DNA of 64,000 nt from an uncultured Bdellovibrionales bacterium (GTDB lineage Bacteria > Patescibacteriota > Minisyncoccia > Moranbacterales > UBA1568): NCBI GenBank assembly GCA_964580285.1, contig CAZOKB010000005.1, forward strand, positions 221-64,220, in the 5' to 3' direction. Below are positions 1 to 8,314 of the stretch, in pieces. Numbering within the stretch: the stretch's first letter is position 1; every line of letters begins with the position of its first letter. Below the pieces are notes generated by a model. It saw nothing but the letters and a program-made list of their open reading frames with translations, did no database searches and had not been told where the DNA came from. A program made the position numbers and the translations under genes.

Positions 1-366
1 GTGCTCTTCATGTGGCTCTACGCTTTCCTTATCTGGATCGACTACTATTTCGACGTCTGGATCATTACCAACGAGCGCATCGTCAATATCGAACAAAAAG
101 GCCTCTTTGCTCGCGAGGTCAGTGAGCTGAAATTTTCCAACATCCAAGATGTCACGTCTGCCGTTGATGGTTTCTTCCCAACGATTCTTAACTTCGGCGA
201 TGTCTATATTCAAACCGCCGCCGAACAAGAGCGTTTCGTCTTCCGTCAGATCCCTGATCCTTATGCTGTCAAAGATATGGTCATGAAGCTGTCGCAGTCG
301 AGCACCGAAGAAGATTTCCGCCGTCTCAGCGAAGCCCTTCGCGTAGGGAAGCGCATTATTCAATAG
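1..366 (+). CDS. Partial CDS, C-terminal fragment of a bacterial PH-domain (YdbT-like) membrane protein
   Basis: ORF open at the window edge; a hydrophobic N-terminal segment followed by a bPH_2-like region; no clear start codon inside the window. Confidence 0.35.
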   Translation: MLFMWLYAFLIWIDYYFDVWIITNERIVNIEQKGLFAREVSELKFSNIQDVTSAVDGFFPTILNFGDVYIQTAAEQERFVFRQIPDPYAVKDMVMKLSQSSTEEDFRRLSEALRVGKRIIQ

Positions 367-432
367 CTTTAAAAAAGAGAAAGGGCTGGCGCTTTTGAAA
401 AAGTACCAGCCCCTCATTATTTTTTCTTGTTG

Positions 433-1017
433 CTAGATTCCGTTGGCTGAAAGCACCACGAAAACCGTTGCCCAAAGGATCTGAAGGTCACGCGCCAGCC
501 ACTGCCACTGGTTGTTCATAGTGGCATATTCGATATCCAGTCGGCAGCAGTACTCGGGATCACCTTGAAGCACGCGCCGCCCAAACACCTGCACCGGACC
601 AGTCAACCCTGGCTTCACCAAAAATCGGTCAACCGCCCAAGGAAACTGTTTTTCCATTTCCTGAGCAATTGAAGGGACAAGTGGTCGCGGACCCACCAGA
701 CTCATCTCCCCTATGAGCACATTCCAGAGCTGAGGCAATTCATCGAGATGCGTCCGCCGAAGCATGCTCCCAATCGGCGTAACCCGGAAATCTTGATGAT
801 GCCAAGCGAGGTCACGAGTCGAGCAATCTTGATCAGCCACCGTCATGGTCCGGAACTTCCAGATCCGGAAGAGCTTCCCTTGATGCCCCTTCCGCAACTG
901 AGAAAAGAAAATGGGGTAGCCAGTGGTAGACCAAATTGCAAAAGCAATGAGAAGCATCGGGACACAAAAGACCCCGAGGAGGATCACAGCTCCCACAACA
1001 TCCAACAACCGTTTCAC
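433..1017 (-). CDS. Bacterial sugar transferase (undecaprenyl-phosphate sugar phosphotransferase, short WbaP/WcaJ-like form)
   Basis: 194 aa; N-terminal TM helix, then motifs typical of the PF02397 family: KFRTM, GPRP and DxxY. Confidence 0.8.
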   Translation of the reverse strand: MKRLLDVVGAVILLGVFCVPMLLIAFAIWSTTGYPIFFSQLRKGHQGKLFRIWKFRTMTVADQDCSTRDLAWHHQDFRVTPIGSMLRRTHLDELPQLWNVLIGEMSLVGPRPLVPSIAQEMEKQFPWAVDRFLVKPGLTGPVQVFGRRVLQGDPEYCCRLDIEYATMNNQWQWLARDLQILWATVFVVLSANGI

Positions 1018-1253
1018 TCTATGTCTCCTTCACGGTAGAGATATAAAAAAAGAACCAGAAGATCAATGTCTTCTCTTGCCAGTACTCAATCACGCTTTTA
1101 TATTTCTGTCAACTTTACCCGTCGAGCAAAAACTCTCCAAGTAAGCGCGGCCGCCCTTGCTCTTTTTCCAACTTTCCTTACAATGGATATGTTCTATTGT
1201 TTCTTTCTTTAGCTTCTATAAGCTATCTACCTATAAACTATTAGCTGTCCCCT

Positions 1254-1970
1254 ATGTCCGGACATTCACACTGGGCCACTACTCATCGCGCCAAAGGCGT
1301 CAACGATGCCAAGCGAGCCGCCGTATTTACCAAACAAGCGCGTCTGATTACCATTGCCGCTCGTGACGGCGCCGATCCGAGCATGAACTTCAAGCTCCGC
1401 CTTGCCATCGACAAGGCTCGAGGCGTCAACATGCCGAAAGATAATATCGACCGCGCCATTAAAGCTGGTAGCGGTGAGGGTAAAGACTTAGCCGCTATCG
1501 AAGAGGTGCTCTACGAAGGCTATGGCCCGGGCCAAATCGCTCTCCTCATCGAAGGCCTCACCGACAACAAGAACCGCACCGTTGGCGACGTCAAAACCAT
1601 TCTCTCCAAAAATGGCGGAAAGTTCGTGCCGAGCGGCTCGGTTTCCTTCATGTTCCAACACGCTGGTATCATTGTGTTCTCACTGGAAAAATATTCCGCC
1701 GAGACACTCGAAACAGAAACGATTGAATCCGGAGCTCTTGATTTTCGTGTCGAGGAAGATGTTTTCTTAGTGATGACTCAACCAGAAAACCTCCAGTCGG
1801 TCCGCAGTTATTTCGAAAGCAAAAACCTGACACCCGAATCTGCTGAACTCGGCTACCTCCCAACGCAGACCACCGCGCTTTCTCCAGCCGATCTGGAAAA
1901 ATTTGAGAAACTTAAAGAACTCCTCGAAGACCATATGGACATCGAGACGGTGTGGGACAATCTTCAATAA
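1254..1970 (+). CDS. yebC: YebC/PmpR family DNA-binding transcriptional regulator
   Basis: 238 aa; conserved N-terminus MSGHSHWATTHRAKG... typical of DUF28/YebC. Confidence 0.9.
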   Translation: MSGHSHWATTHRAKGVNDAKRAAVFTKQARLITIAARDGADPSMNFKLRLAIDKARGVNMPKDNIDRAIKAGSGEGKDLAAIEEVLYEGYGPGQIALLIEGLTDNKNRTVGDVKTILSKNGGKFVPSGSVSFMFQHAGIIVFSLEKYSAETLETETIESGALDFRVEEDVFLVMTQPENLQSVRSYFESKNLTPESAELGYLPTQTTALSPADLEKFEKLKELLEDHMDIETVWDNLQ

Positions 1971-1997
1971 ACAGCTAACAGAAATCAATCAACACAA

Positions 1998-2030
1998 AAC
2001 AGAGCAACACGTTGTTGAAGCTGTTTTTTT
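1998..2030 (+). terminator. Rho-independent terminator after yebC
   Basis: Imperfect hairpin aacagagcaaca-cg-ttgttgaagctgtt followed by a T7 run. Confidence 0.5.
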
Positions 2031-2132
2031 ATTTCCACCTGAATACACCTCCCCTCGTTTTTCCCTCTACCTCTCTTTACATAATTCTCCACGACCATTA
2101 CACATTGTGTACAGATAAATCGAGAAAGACAT

Positions 2133-2237
2133 CAGAAAAAAAGAAAATCCGGATGACACGATGATCATCCGGTATACCTGCGAGGCGCTTTGTTCAGGTC
2201 GGCCTCGGAACTTTACCCGCCTTGGGCGGGCCGCTAG
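2133..2237 (-). repeat. Cassette-associated repeat, module type B (copy B1): three hairpins, the last a rho-independent terminator
   Basis: Read on the minus strand: GCCCGCC-caag-GCGGG; GAGGCC-N13-GCGCCTC; CCGGATGA-tcatcgtg-TCATCCGG followed by a U-run. About 90% identical to copy B2 at 5560-5723. Confidence 0.7.
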
Positions 2238-2501
2238 CTATCGTCCGAAGTGATAACCGGCGGTAAAGAGGCTCGCCGCCAGGTCGACTACCAATCCCGT
2301 ATTCGTCGCGTGGTCGATACGGAGCAAGGTATTCAGCATTTCCTGCTGATCTTCCTCGAGCTCGACCCCACAGACCGCGCGAATCGTCGCATCTCCGCCA
2401 AATTCCTTCTCATTTTCTTCAAGCGACGATGTGTTCGTCATGACAAAATGTTTCTTGCCGTTGCGTTCTTCGATCAGAACGAAATAGATATTTTTACCCA
2501 T
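2238..2501 (-). CDS. Hypothetical small protein (cassette ORF, 87 aa)
   Basis: ORF directly followed by repeat B1; no recognisable domain. Confidence 0.4.
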   Translation of the reverse strand: MGKNIYFVLIEERNGKKHFVMTNTSSLEENEKEFGGDATIRAVCGVELEEDQQEMLNTLLRIDHATNTGLVVDLAASLFTAGYHFGR

Positions 2502-2539
2502 GGCACGTCTCCTGGTAAGTGAAAGGGACTACATCTCAA

Positions 2540-2616
2540 TGAGAACTCGATTATCAATCAAGACCTCAATAGAGAGGAGAAAGTGGTCGCTGCCATCTTT
2601 CTCCTAAAAAAATTCA
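2540..2616 (-). repeat. Cassette-associated repeat, module type A (truncated copy A1)
   Basis: Shares the tctcaatgaga...cctcaatagagaggag motif and the GGAGAAAG...CTTTCTCC hairpin with copies A2-A4. Confidence 0.55.
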
Positions 2617-2910
2617 TCAAAGGTTATCACCACGAAGCCTATTTTCATAAGCTTCTTCCTCCTCTTCGTAAGCGGGATCCATTCGATCTCCCCAACCTGC
2701 CCCCGTCGACCAGGTTCCCCTGGATTTGAGATCGATCTTTTTCCTTTTGATGAGAATGAGAAATAGCCGTTTCGTCTCATTATCTGTTATTTCTTGGGCG
2801 GTCTCCTCATTCCTCAGTCGGATACTGCTTACATCGTCCCAGTCATCATAGGTGATAACCACCCTCGTCCCACGAAATGATCCCGTGAAAACACGATAGA
2901 CTGTTGCCAT
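2617..2910 (-). CDS. Hypothetical small protein (cassette ORF, 97 aa)
   Basis: ATG preceded by an AGGAG ribosome-binding site; lies between repeat copies A2 (upstream) and A1 (downstream). Confidence 0.35.
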   Translation of the reverse strand: MATVYRVFTGSFRGTRVVITYDDWDDVSSIRLRNEETAQEITDNETKRLFLILIKRKKIDLKSRGTWSTGAGWGDRMDPAYEEEEEAYENRLRGDNL

Positions 2911-2984
2911 ATCTGCTCTCCTTATTCGAATGCCCTCGAACGATGGGTTGCGAAGAATTTCGCATATTCAATTAAAGAACTTCG

Positions 2985-3148
2985 TCTCGATGAGAGTTCA
3001 ATCATAAAGATTGAAGCCTCAATAGAGAGGAGCAATTGCATTGCAAGTTCTCCGAGAGGCCTTTTGTTCAGGTTGGCCTCGTAACCCGTCTCATACACGC
3101 GGAAGAGTATCGCGAAGGAGTTTCTCATCATCCTTGGGATGCAACTCG
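2985..3148 (-). repeat. Cassette-associated repeat, module type A (copy A2)
   Basis: Conserved box ctccttcgcgatactcttccgcgtgtatgag; hairpin GAGGCC-N13-GGCCTC; hairpin GGAGnAnTTGCAaTGCaannTCTCC; motif tctctattgag...gaactctcatcgaga. Confidence 0.7.
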
Positions 3149-3469
3149 TCAATCGGTGCAGAAATACGCATTGGCGCACTCTTCCGATTCGTCCTGGTCT
3201 GGAGGATCTGCAACGTCAACAATCTTTACGAATTGTCGGCCTTTGCAATCACACCATTCCCTGACGCTCGCTTCGAGTTGTTCGCCCGGTTCGCCATCAA
3301 GAGTGCTCAGAAAGCACTGCTTGAATTCTGCGACCGACGAATAGTAAGCGTCACCCGTACCCACAATGAACGTACTCGTGAAGAAACGTTGGTGACTACC
3401 GTTGTGTATATTGCTACCTTTCGGAAAAGCAACGTAGGTCACAGAAACGTCTCGATAGAGTGAAGTCAT
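3149..3469 (-). CDS. Hypothetical small protein (cassette ORF, ~106 aa)
   Basis: An internal ATG at 3469 with RBS GGAGAAAAG is preferred over the ORF-track start at 3574, which would overlap the upstream gene by 56 bp. Confidence 0.4.
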   Translation of the reverse strand: MTSLYRDVSVTYVAFPKGSNIHNGSHQRFFTSTFIVGTGDAYYSSVAEFKQCFLSTLDGEPGEQLEASVREWCDCKGRQFVKIVDVADPPDQDESEECANAYFCTD

Positions 3470-3518
3470 GCTTTTCTCCTTACCCCTGTACCCGAGGTGC
3501 GGTTGCCAAAATTGGCAA

Positions 3519-3728
3519 TTATTCCTGGTAGAACACGGTGATAGTGCAGTTGACGAACGGATCACCGAGCGCATTAATACCAGCGCACGTTGTCATCATT
3601 CGGCTGATAATAGAGAATGCTGTCACACAGCTTTTCTCCGCAAGCCAGCCGTTCACGTCGCGTTCGAGGGATGCGAACCCTTCGCCTTCATCGGCGGAGG
3701 TGAAGACCTTCACTTTTTCGGTTATCAT
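3519..3728 (-). CDS. Hypothetical small protein (69 aa)
   Basis: GGAGG ribosome-binding site 5 nt upstream of the ATG; forms a two-gene cassette with the 3149..3469 ORF; the spacer between them holds the palindrome TTGCCAAAATTGGCAA. Confidence 0.4.
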   Translation of the reverse strand: MITEKVKVFTSADEGEGFASLERDVNGWLAEKSCVTAFSIISRMMTTCAGINALGDPFVNCTITVFYQE

Positions 3729-3757
3729 GACGACCTCCTATATATTAGAAAGAACAA

Positions 3758-3862
3758 ATCTCTCAGAAACTTCGAGTTATCTCAAAGTTTCAGTAGAGAG
3801 GAGAAATTGCGTTGCAACTTCTCCAAGAGGCCCTTTGTTCGGGTCTGCTTCGGAACCCATGA
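3758..3862 (-). repeat. Cassette-associated repeat, module type A (copy A3, short)
   Basis: Has the same hairpin pair (GAGGCC-type and GGAGAAATTGCGTTGCAACTTCTCC) and the cagtagagaggag motif. Confidence 0.65.
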
Positions 3863-4057
3863 CTAATCCCGTTCGAGAACAACCGTTACGGCGTAGTATA
3901 AGTGATAAGGCTCATCGCTCATCTCTCCAAACGGCGCAATCGAAGTATTAGCACTCTTCACGCGAAACCCTTCGGCAAGCAATGAAGCAATTGCATCTTC
4001 GATCTCGTCTTCCGGAAGAGTGTTCTTCGACTGCCGAATAACAATTCTTGTTTCCAT
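3863..4057 (-). CDS. Hypothetical small protein (cassette ORF, 64 aa)
   Basis: Internal ATG with an AGGAAG ribosome-binding site; the longer ORF-track start would read through the upstream repeat, so it is rejected. Confidence 0.35.
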   Translation of the reverse strand: METRIVIRQSKNTLPEDEIEDAIASLLAEGFRVKSANTSIAPFGEMSDEPYHLYYAVTVVLERD

Positions 4058-4094
4058 GACATCTTCCTTTCTATAGAGTTGTACTCCAATTTCA

Positions 4095-4257
4095 GTGAAA
4101 AAACTCTTTCTCGATGAGAATTCAACTTGAGCTAAATTCTCAATAGAGAGGAGAAGTCGCATTGCAACTTCTCCGATCACCGTGAGGGATTTTCTTCAGG
4201 TTTTCCTCGAAACCCGACTCATCTACACGCGGAAGAGCATCGCGAAGGAGTTTTACA
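4095..4257 (-). repeat. Cassette-associated repeat, module type A (copy A4)
   Basis: Close to full-length match to A2, including a perfect 8-bp hairpin GGAGAAGT-tgcaatgcg-ACTTCTCC. Confidence 0.7.
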
Positions 4258-4674
4258 TCATCCTTTGGACGGATGGTTTTCGATGCCTCCAAATGAGAGT
4301 CGGCCCTCACGAACCATCCTTTCGAGGAGGGCGGGGGGATTGGTTAGGCACGAAGTCGTGTGCAAGGAGCCATTGTCCGGCGCACCGAATATCGTATATT
4401 TTCCATTTTCCAATTCCGATACGAAGAAATGCCAATCACCACCATCTTCTTCCCGGCAACTCGGAAAATGTACGAGTTGGTTCTCCTCTAGGAACGCAAT
4501 GAGATGATAAGCATCCATCATCGCCTGCGGAATAACCATCTTCATCATCCGTGCCATACTTCTCTCCTGTCCGGAAACCGCCGGGAATCGGTGGGTAAAA
4601 ATACCCGTGAATTGTGGAGGTGCTTGTCCGATGAGCTTTGCTTGTTTTCTCATCCTGACACATGAGTATAGCAA
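4258..4674 (-). CDS. Hypothetical protein (first ORF of the minus-strand array, up to 138 aa)
   Basis: ORF immediately downstream of a TTGACA-N17-TATACT promoter on the minus strand; start codon uncertain. Confidence 0.35.
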   Translation of the reverse strand: MLYSCVRMRKQAKLIGQAPPQFTGIFTHRFPAVSGQERSMARMMKMVIPQAMMDAYHLIAFLEENQLVHFPSCREEDGGDWHFFVSELENGKYTIFGAPDNGSLHTTSCLTNPPALLERMVREGRLSFGGIENHPSKG

Positions 4675-4710
4675 ATTATTACAATTCTGTCAATACTTAT
4701 TGCTTTATAT

Positions 4711-4739
4711 TTGACACTTTTTTAATATTTGTATATAAT
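4711..4739 (+). promoter_or_regulatory. Consensus sigma70-type promoter (TTGACA-N17-TATAAT) for the trmB-like gene; a divergent TTGACA-N17-TATACT promoter on the minus strand drives the cassette array
   Basis: Exact -35 and -10 hexamers with 17-bp spacing, read directly from the sequence. Confidence 0.6.
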
Positions 4740-4766
4740 ACGTATACACATTAACCGACTTTTACC

Positions 4767-5546
4767 ATGACTCAGCCATCGGAAGTGACACAGGCCCTCT
4801 ACACTCCCCTTAAGGAGCTTGGCTGCAGCGACCAAGAAATCGAGGTGTATACCACCTCGCTCATCCTTGGGCCGTCTCCCATCCAAGACATCGCCGCCCG
4901 GCTTGCCATTGCCCGGCCGAATGTTTACAAGATCATTCGCGCCCTCGAAGAGAAGGGCTTGGCTCATTTCTCTGAAAAGAAAAAGTACGCACGGAATTTC
5001 CTCGTGGTCTCGCCGGCTGTCATCCTGGAGCGCTTCCGCGCCAAAGAACAAGCAGTAGCCAAAGGAACGCAATCGCTCTCCCTGGCGATGCCCGACATCA
5101 TGGCACTGTACCGCCAAGGCGACATGCCTTCCACGGTAAAGCTCCTCGAAGGGGGTGATCAATTCCTCCGTCTCTTCTGGTCTGTCCTCGAAGAAGGGCG
5201 TTCGCCGATCCGTTTCATGGGATCAGCTGGTGAATTCATCAATTTCATCTCTTGGAGCGAGGAAAAGAAATGGATCAAAGAACGCGTGCGCCGTAACCTC
5301 TTCATTAATGTGCTGCTGCTTCCGGATGAAGACGCAAAAACGCTCCGCTCCCGCGATGAGAAAGAGATGCGCGAAACGCGATTTATGGAAGGCGCCGCAC
5401 CCTTTGCACCGGGCGTCATGCTCTTCGGGAACAAAGTTACCTTCTGGCAACCCAAAGCCCCTTCTGTCATCCTCATCGAAGACGAGTTCATTGTGGAAAT
5501 GTTTCGGAATATCTTTGATAGCCTATGGGAAAAAGCGAAAGAATAG
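4767..5546 (+). CDS. TrmB-family transcriptional regulator (N-terminal winged helix-turn-helix)
   Basis: 259 aa; N-terminal wHTH resembling sugar-specific TrmB regulators; C-terminal effector-binding-like domain. Confidence 0.6.
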   Translation: MTQPSEVTQALYTPLKELGCSDQEIEVYTTSLILGPSPIQDIAARLAIARPNVYKIIRALEEKGLAHFSEKKKYARNFLVVSPAVILERFRAKEQAVAKGTQSLSLAMPDIMALYRQGDMPSTVKLLEGGDQFLRLFWSVLEEGRSPIRFMGSAGEFINFISWSEEKKWIKERVRRNLFINVLLLPDEDAKTLRSRDEKEMRETRFMEGAAPFAPGVMLFGNKVTFWQPKAPSVILIEDEFIVEMFRNIFDSLWEKAKE

Positions 5547-5559
5547 CTCTGTTTTTCAA

Positions 5560-5723
5560 GAAAAAGAAAATCCGGATGACATGCTGATCATCCGGTATAT
5601 CCGTGAGGCGCTTTGTTCAGGTCGGCCTCGGAACTTTACCCGCTTTGGGCAGGCCGTCTCATCTACACGTCGAAGAGAAGCCAAAAAACGGGAGCTTTTG
5701 TGGTTTTCTAAAAATACCACTGA
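5560..5723 (-). repeat. Cassette-associated repeat, module type B (copy B2) with a bidirectional terminator
   Basis: Near-identical to B1 (aaaatccggatgacaTGCtgatcatccgg...gaggcgctttgttcaggtcggcctcggaactttacccgc...), and also contains the A-type conserved box gtctcatctacacg. Confidence 0.7.
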
Positions 5724-6047
5724 TCAATCCCACTCAATCGAAACGCTTTTTGCCATAAGTTCATTAGCCAAAAAAACTGGCAAATATTCCCTGAATAAAG
5801 AACGAGCATCCTCATCCCCTATCGATTCGAACGCATCGGCAAGAAAGTCTTCAATAGTAATATTTCCTCCCTGATCAAAAATGTCGATGTCATAACTGTT
5901 CCCTCGAAGATATCGGATAATTTCGGCGACATTAGCCATCAGAATGATTTTCGAAAGAAATTGTTCGAGAATCCTGGCCTTGCGTTCATCAGACATCTTG
6001 GCAGATACCTTCACTGCAGCGCTATCCATTTCTGCACTCATAATCAA
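5724..6047 (-). CDS. Hypothetical acidic small protein (107 aa; isolated cassette)
   Basis: ORF followed by repeat B2. Confidence 0.4.
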   Translation of the reverse strand: MIMSAEMDSAAVKVSAKMSDERKARILEQFLSKIILMANVAEIIRYLRGNSYDIDIFDQGGNITIEDFLADAFESIGDEDARSLFREYLPVFLANELMAKSVSIEWD

Positions 6048-6229
6048 CTCCTCTCCTTCTAGGTCGGTTGTGAATGAACGAGTTAAACTTCAAAATTCTT
6101 CGAGCTTAACGGTCTATTCTACATCAAAACCATCATAAAGTCAATAGTAAGTCATTAATTTTTAAAAATAAATATATTACTTATAATGTTTACAAATAAA
6201 GCAATATATACTAAAATAGTCATATAATT

Positions 6230-6973
6230 ATGACTATAGAAAAAAACAACTCTCTCCAGAGCGCCCTGAAATCCGGGCTTTCAGCCAAGGCATCCGCGGT
6301 ATATGTCGCCCTACTCGAAGCAGGCATGCCCTTAAGTCCGAAGGTTATCATAAGCCGAGCTCGGCTGCATCGGCAGTATGTTTATGACGCATTACAAGAG
6401 CTTCAGAATAAGCGCCTTGTTATTTCCTCTGACGAAGGCCGTCGAATAAAATACGGCGCGACAAGTCCAGACCGGCTTTTGCAAGAAGCTGAAAAACGAC
6501 GTATGGATACGATCGATGGGGTTCGCGATCTGATGAAACTCTACGATCGCTCTCCTGCTGGTGTGGTAGAAGTCATACGCGGCAGTGCCGCGGTCATCAA
6601 AAACGAGCTCTTGATGCTTCAAACAGCAAAAAAGGGAGATTTTCTCGATATCATCGGCGGCGCCGGCATGAATTGGGTAAAACTTTTCGGTGACAAGATT
6701 CCCAAATGGGAAGCGCTTCGCAAAGACAAGGACATCAAGCTTCGATATATTGGTTCCGGAGAAGACGTGAAGCATAATAAAGAAGAGAGCATCATAGAGA
6801 ATGAGTCTCGCGCTATCCCTGGTATAGGCAATATCGTAAACGTGAGTATCCGCCCAGATAGTGTGAGCTTCAATATTTATGAACCGGAAATTATGACCGT
6901 ACGCGTGAAGAATGCCGCGACTGTCACGAGTCAACGAGCTCTTTTTGAAGTATTATGGAATATCGCAAAGTAA
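6230..6973 (+). CDS. TrmB-like transcriptional regulator (second paralog)
   Basis: 247 aa; N-terminal wHTH similar to the 4767..5546 product. Confidence 0.5.
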   Translation: MTIEKNNSLQSALKSGLSAKASAVYVALLEAGMPLSPKVIISRARLHRQYVYDALQELQNKRLVISSDEGRRIKYGATSPDRLLQEAEKRRMDTIDGVRDLMKLYDRSPAGVVEVIRGSAAVIKNELLMLQTAKKGDFLDIIGGAGMNWVKLFGDKIPKWEALRKDKDIKLRYIGSGEDVKHNKEESIIENESRAIPGIGNIVNVSIRPDSVSFNIYEPEIMTVRVKNAATVTSQRALFEVLWNIAK

Positions 6974-7043
6974 ACGGTTGCCTCTTGATTAACTCGAACA
7001 GATCCGGTGTGATCTTCCTTAAAGGATTCGTCTACTCTAATAC

Positions 7044-7544
7044 ATGACACTTATGAGAATCCTTGGCATTGATCCTGGCACGGCGACGGTAGGATGGGGC
7101 GTCATTGAAACCGACGGTGCAAAGGTCATTCCGGTTGGGTTTGGGCATATCGCCACGAGTAAAGAACTCACTCTGGAAGACCGGCTCGTGGAAATCGCCC
7201 AGGATCTCGAAACCATCGTGAAAACCTACTGCCCGGAAGAGGCCGGGGTGGAGGAGCTCTTCTTTTTTAATAACCAAAAAACCGCCATCTCGGTAGCTCA
7301 GGCACGAGGGGCTATACTATTGACTTTAAAGAGTTTACGTGTTAATATATATGGCTACACCCCTCTCGAGGTAAAGCAGGCTCTCACCAACTATGGTCAG
7401 GCTGAAAAAGCCCAGGTGCAGCTCATGGTAAAAAGCATTCTCAAGCTCCCGGCTATCCCCAAACCCGATGATACCGCCGACGCCCTTGCACTCGCCATTT
7501 GCCATGCGAGCCGCAGAAAAATGGAAATGATCCAAAATTCTTAA
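7044..7544 (+). CDS. ruvC: Crossover junction endodeoxyribonuclease RuvC
   Basis: 166 aa; the N-terminus RILGIDPGTATVGWGV is typical of RuvC. Confidence 0.9.
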   Translation: MTLMRILGIDPGTATVGWGVIETDGAKVIPVGFGHIATSKELTLEDRLVEIAQDLETIVKTYCPEEAGVEELFFFNNQKTAISVAQARGAILLTLKSLRVNIYGYTPLEVKQALTNYGQAEKAQVQLMVKSILKLPAIPKPDDTADALALAICHASRRKMEMIQNS

Positions 7545-7584
7545 AGCTAAAAAGCTAACAGCTAATCTCTAAAAGCTGCTCTCT

Positions 7585-8238
7585 ATGCACTACCACCCGC
7601 TCGTTCAGTACTTCATTTTGGAAGGCGTCCCGGTCCTTACTGTTACGCTGCTTCTCATGCTGCCGATTATTGCAACACTCGTTGCCATCTTCCGCCAAGT
7701 CATCGGGATTAAGGCCTTCGGTATCTATACACCCTCCATCATCACCTTTGCGCTTTTTGCCATGGGTGAACTCAAGTATGGCGTGGCAGCCTTCGTATCC
7801 GTCATCGTGGTCGGTATGCTGGCCCGTCTCATCATGAAGCGTTTTCGTTTACTGTACCTTCCTCGAGTCGCCATTACGCTCACTATCATTTCGCTCACCA
7901 TGCTCTTCCTCCTTTTTATTGGTGGGCTTAATCAGCGCACCGGCTTCGCTGGCGCCTCGGTCTTCCCGCTCCTCATCATGATTACGCTCGCCGAAAAATT
8001 TGTGGCTACCCAAATTGAAAAAGGTACTCGTATTGCGGTTATCTTGGCGATTGAGACTTTGGTGATTTCGACTGTCGGCTATTTTCTTATCCGTTCCGAA
8101 ACCATCACCGGGGCCGCTCTTGCCTACCCGCTCTGGGTTATTACCCTCACCCTTCTGATCAATATCGCCCTCGGCAAATGGTCAGGACTGCGACTCTCCG
8201 AATACTGGCGCTTCCGAAAAGTTTTCAAACACTTGTAG
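7585..8238 (+). CDS. Seven-TM membrane protein (7TM associated with ATP-grasp/transglutaminase-like systems)
   Basis: 217 aa, six to seven hydrophobic helices; immediately upstream of two ATP-grasp genes. Confidence 0.5.
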   Translation: MHYHPLVQYFILEGVPVLTVTLLLMLPIIATLVAIFRQVIGIKAFGIYTPSIITFALFAMGELKYGVAAFVSVIVVGMLARLIMKRFRLLYLPRVAITLTIISLTMLFLLFIGGLNQRTGFAGASVFPLLIMITLAEKFVATQIEKGTRIAVILAIETLVISTVGYFLIRSETITGAALAYPLWVITLTLLINIALGKWSGLRLSEYWRFRKVFKHL

Positions 8239-8314
8239 GCCAGCTGAAAAAGAGGGCACGAGAAGGAGCGCGGCTATTTGTTAATTGTTTTTTGTTGACT
8301 GTTAGTCGGATCAT

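Noticed and set aside
3149-3574. Long start options for minus-strand small ORFs (3149..3574 and 3863..4180)
   Set aside because: The long forms overlap the upstream gene or translate through the conserved repeat. Internal ATGs with good ribosome-binding sites (3469 and 4057) give non-overlapping genes.
2133-4257. Firm call of integron attC sites, or a complete integron
   Set aside because: No tyrosine recombinase (intI) in the window, and I could not identify canonical R' GTTRRRY / R'' RYYYAAC cores in the repeats. It is therefore reported only as a cassette-like architecture hypothesis.
4722-5162. ORF 4722..5162 (-) and ORF 5155..5874 (+)
   Set aside because: They overlap the better-supported TrmB-like gene or run through the B2 repeat and terminator. 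5155..5874 is Ser/Arg-rich low complexity in an alternative frame.
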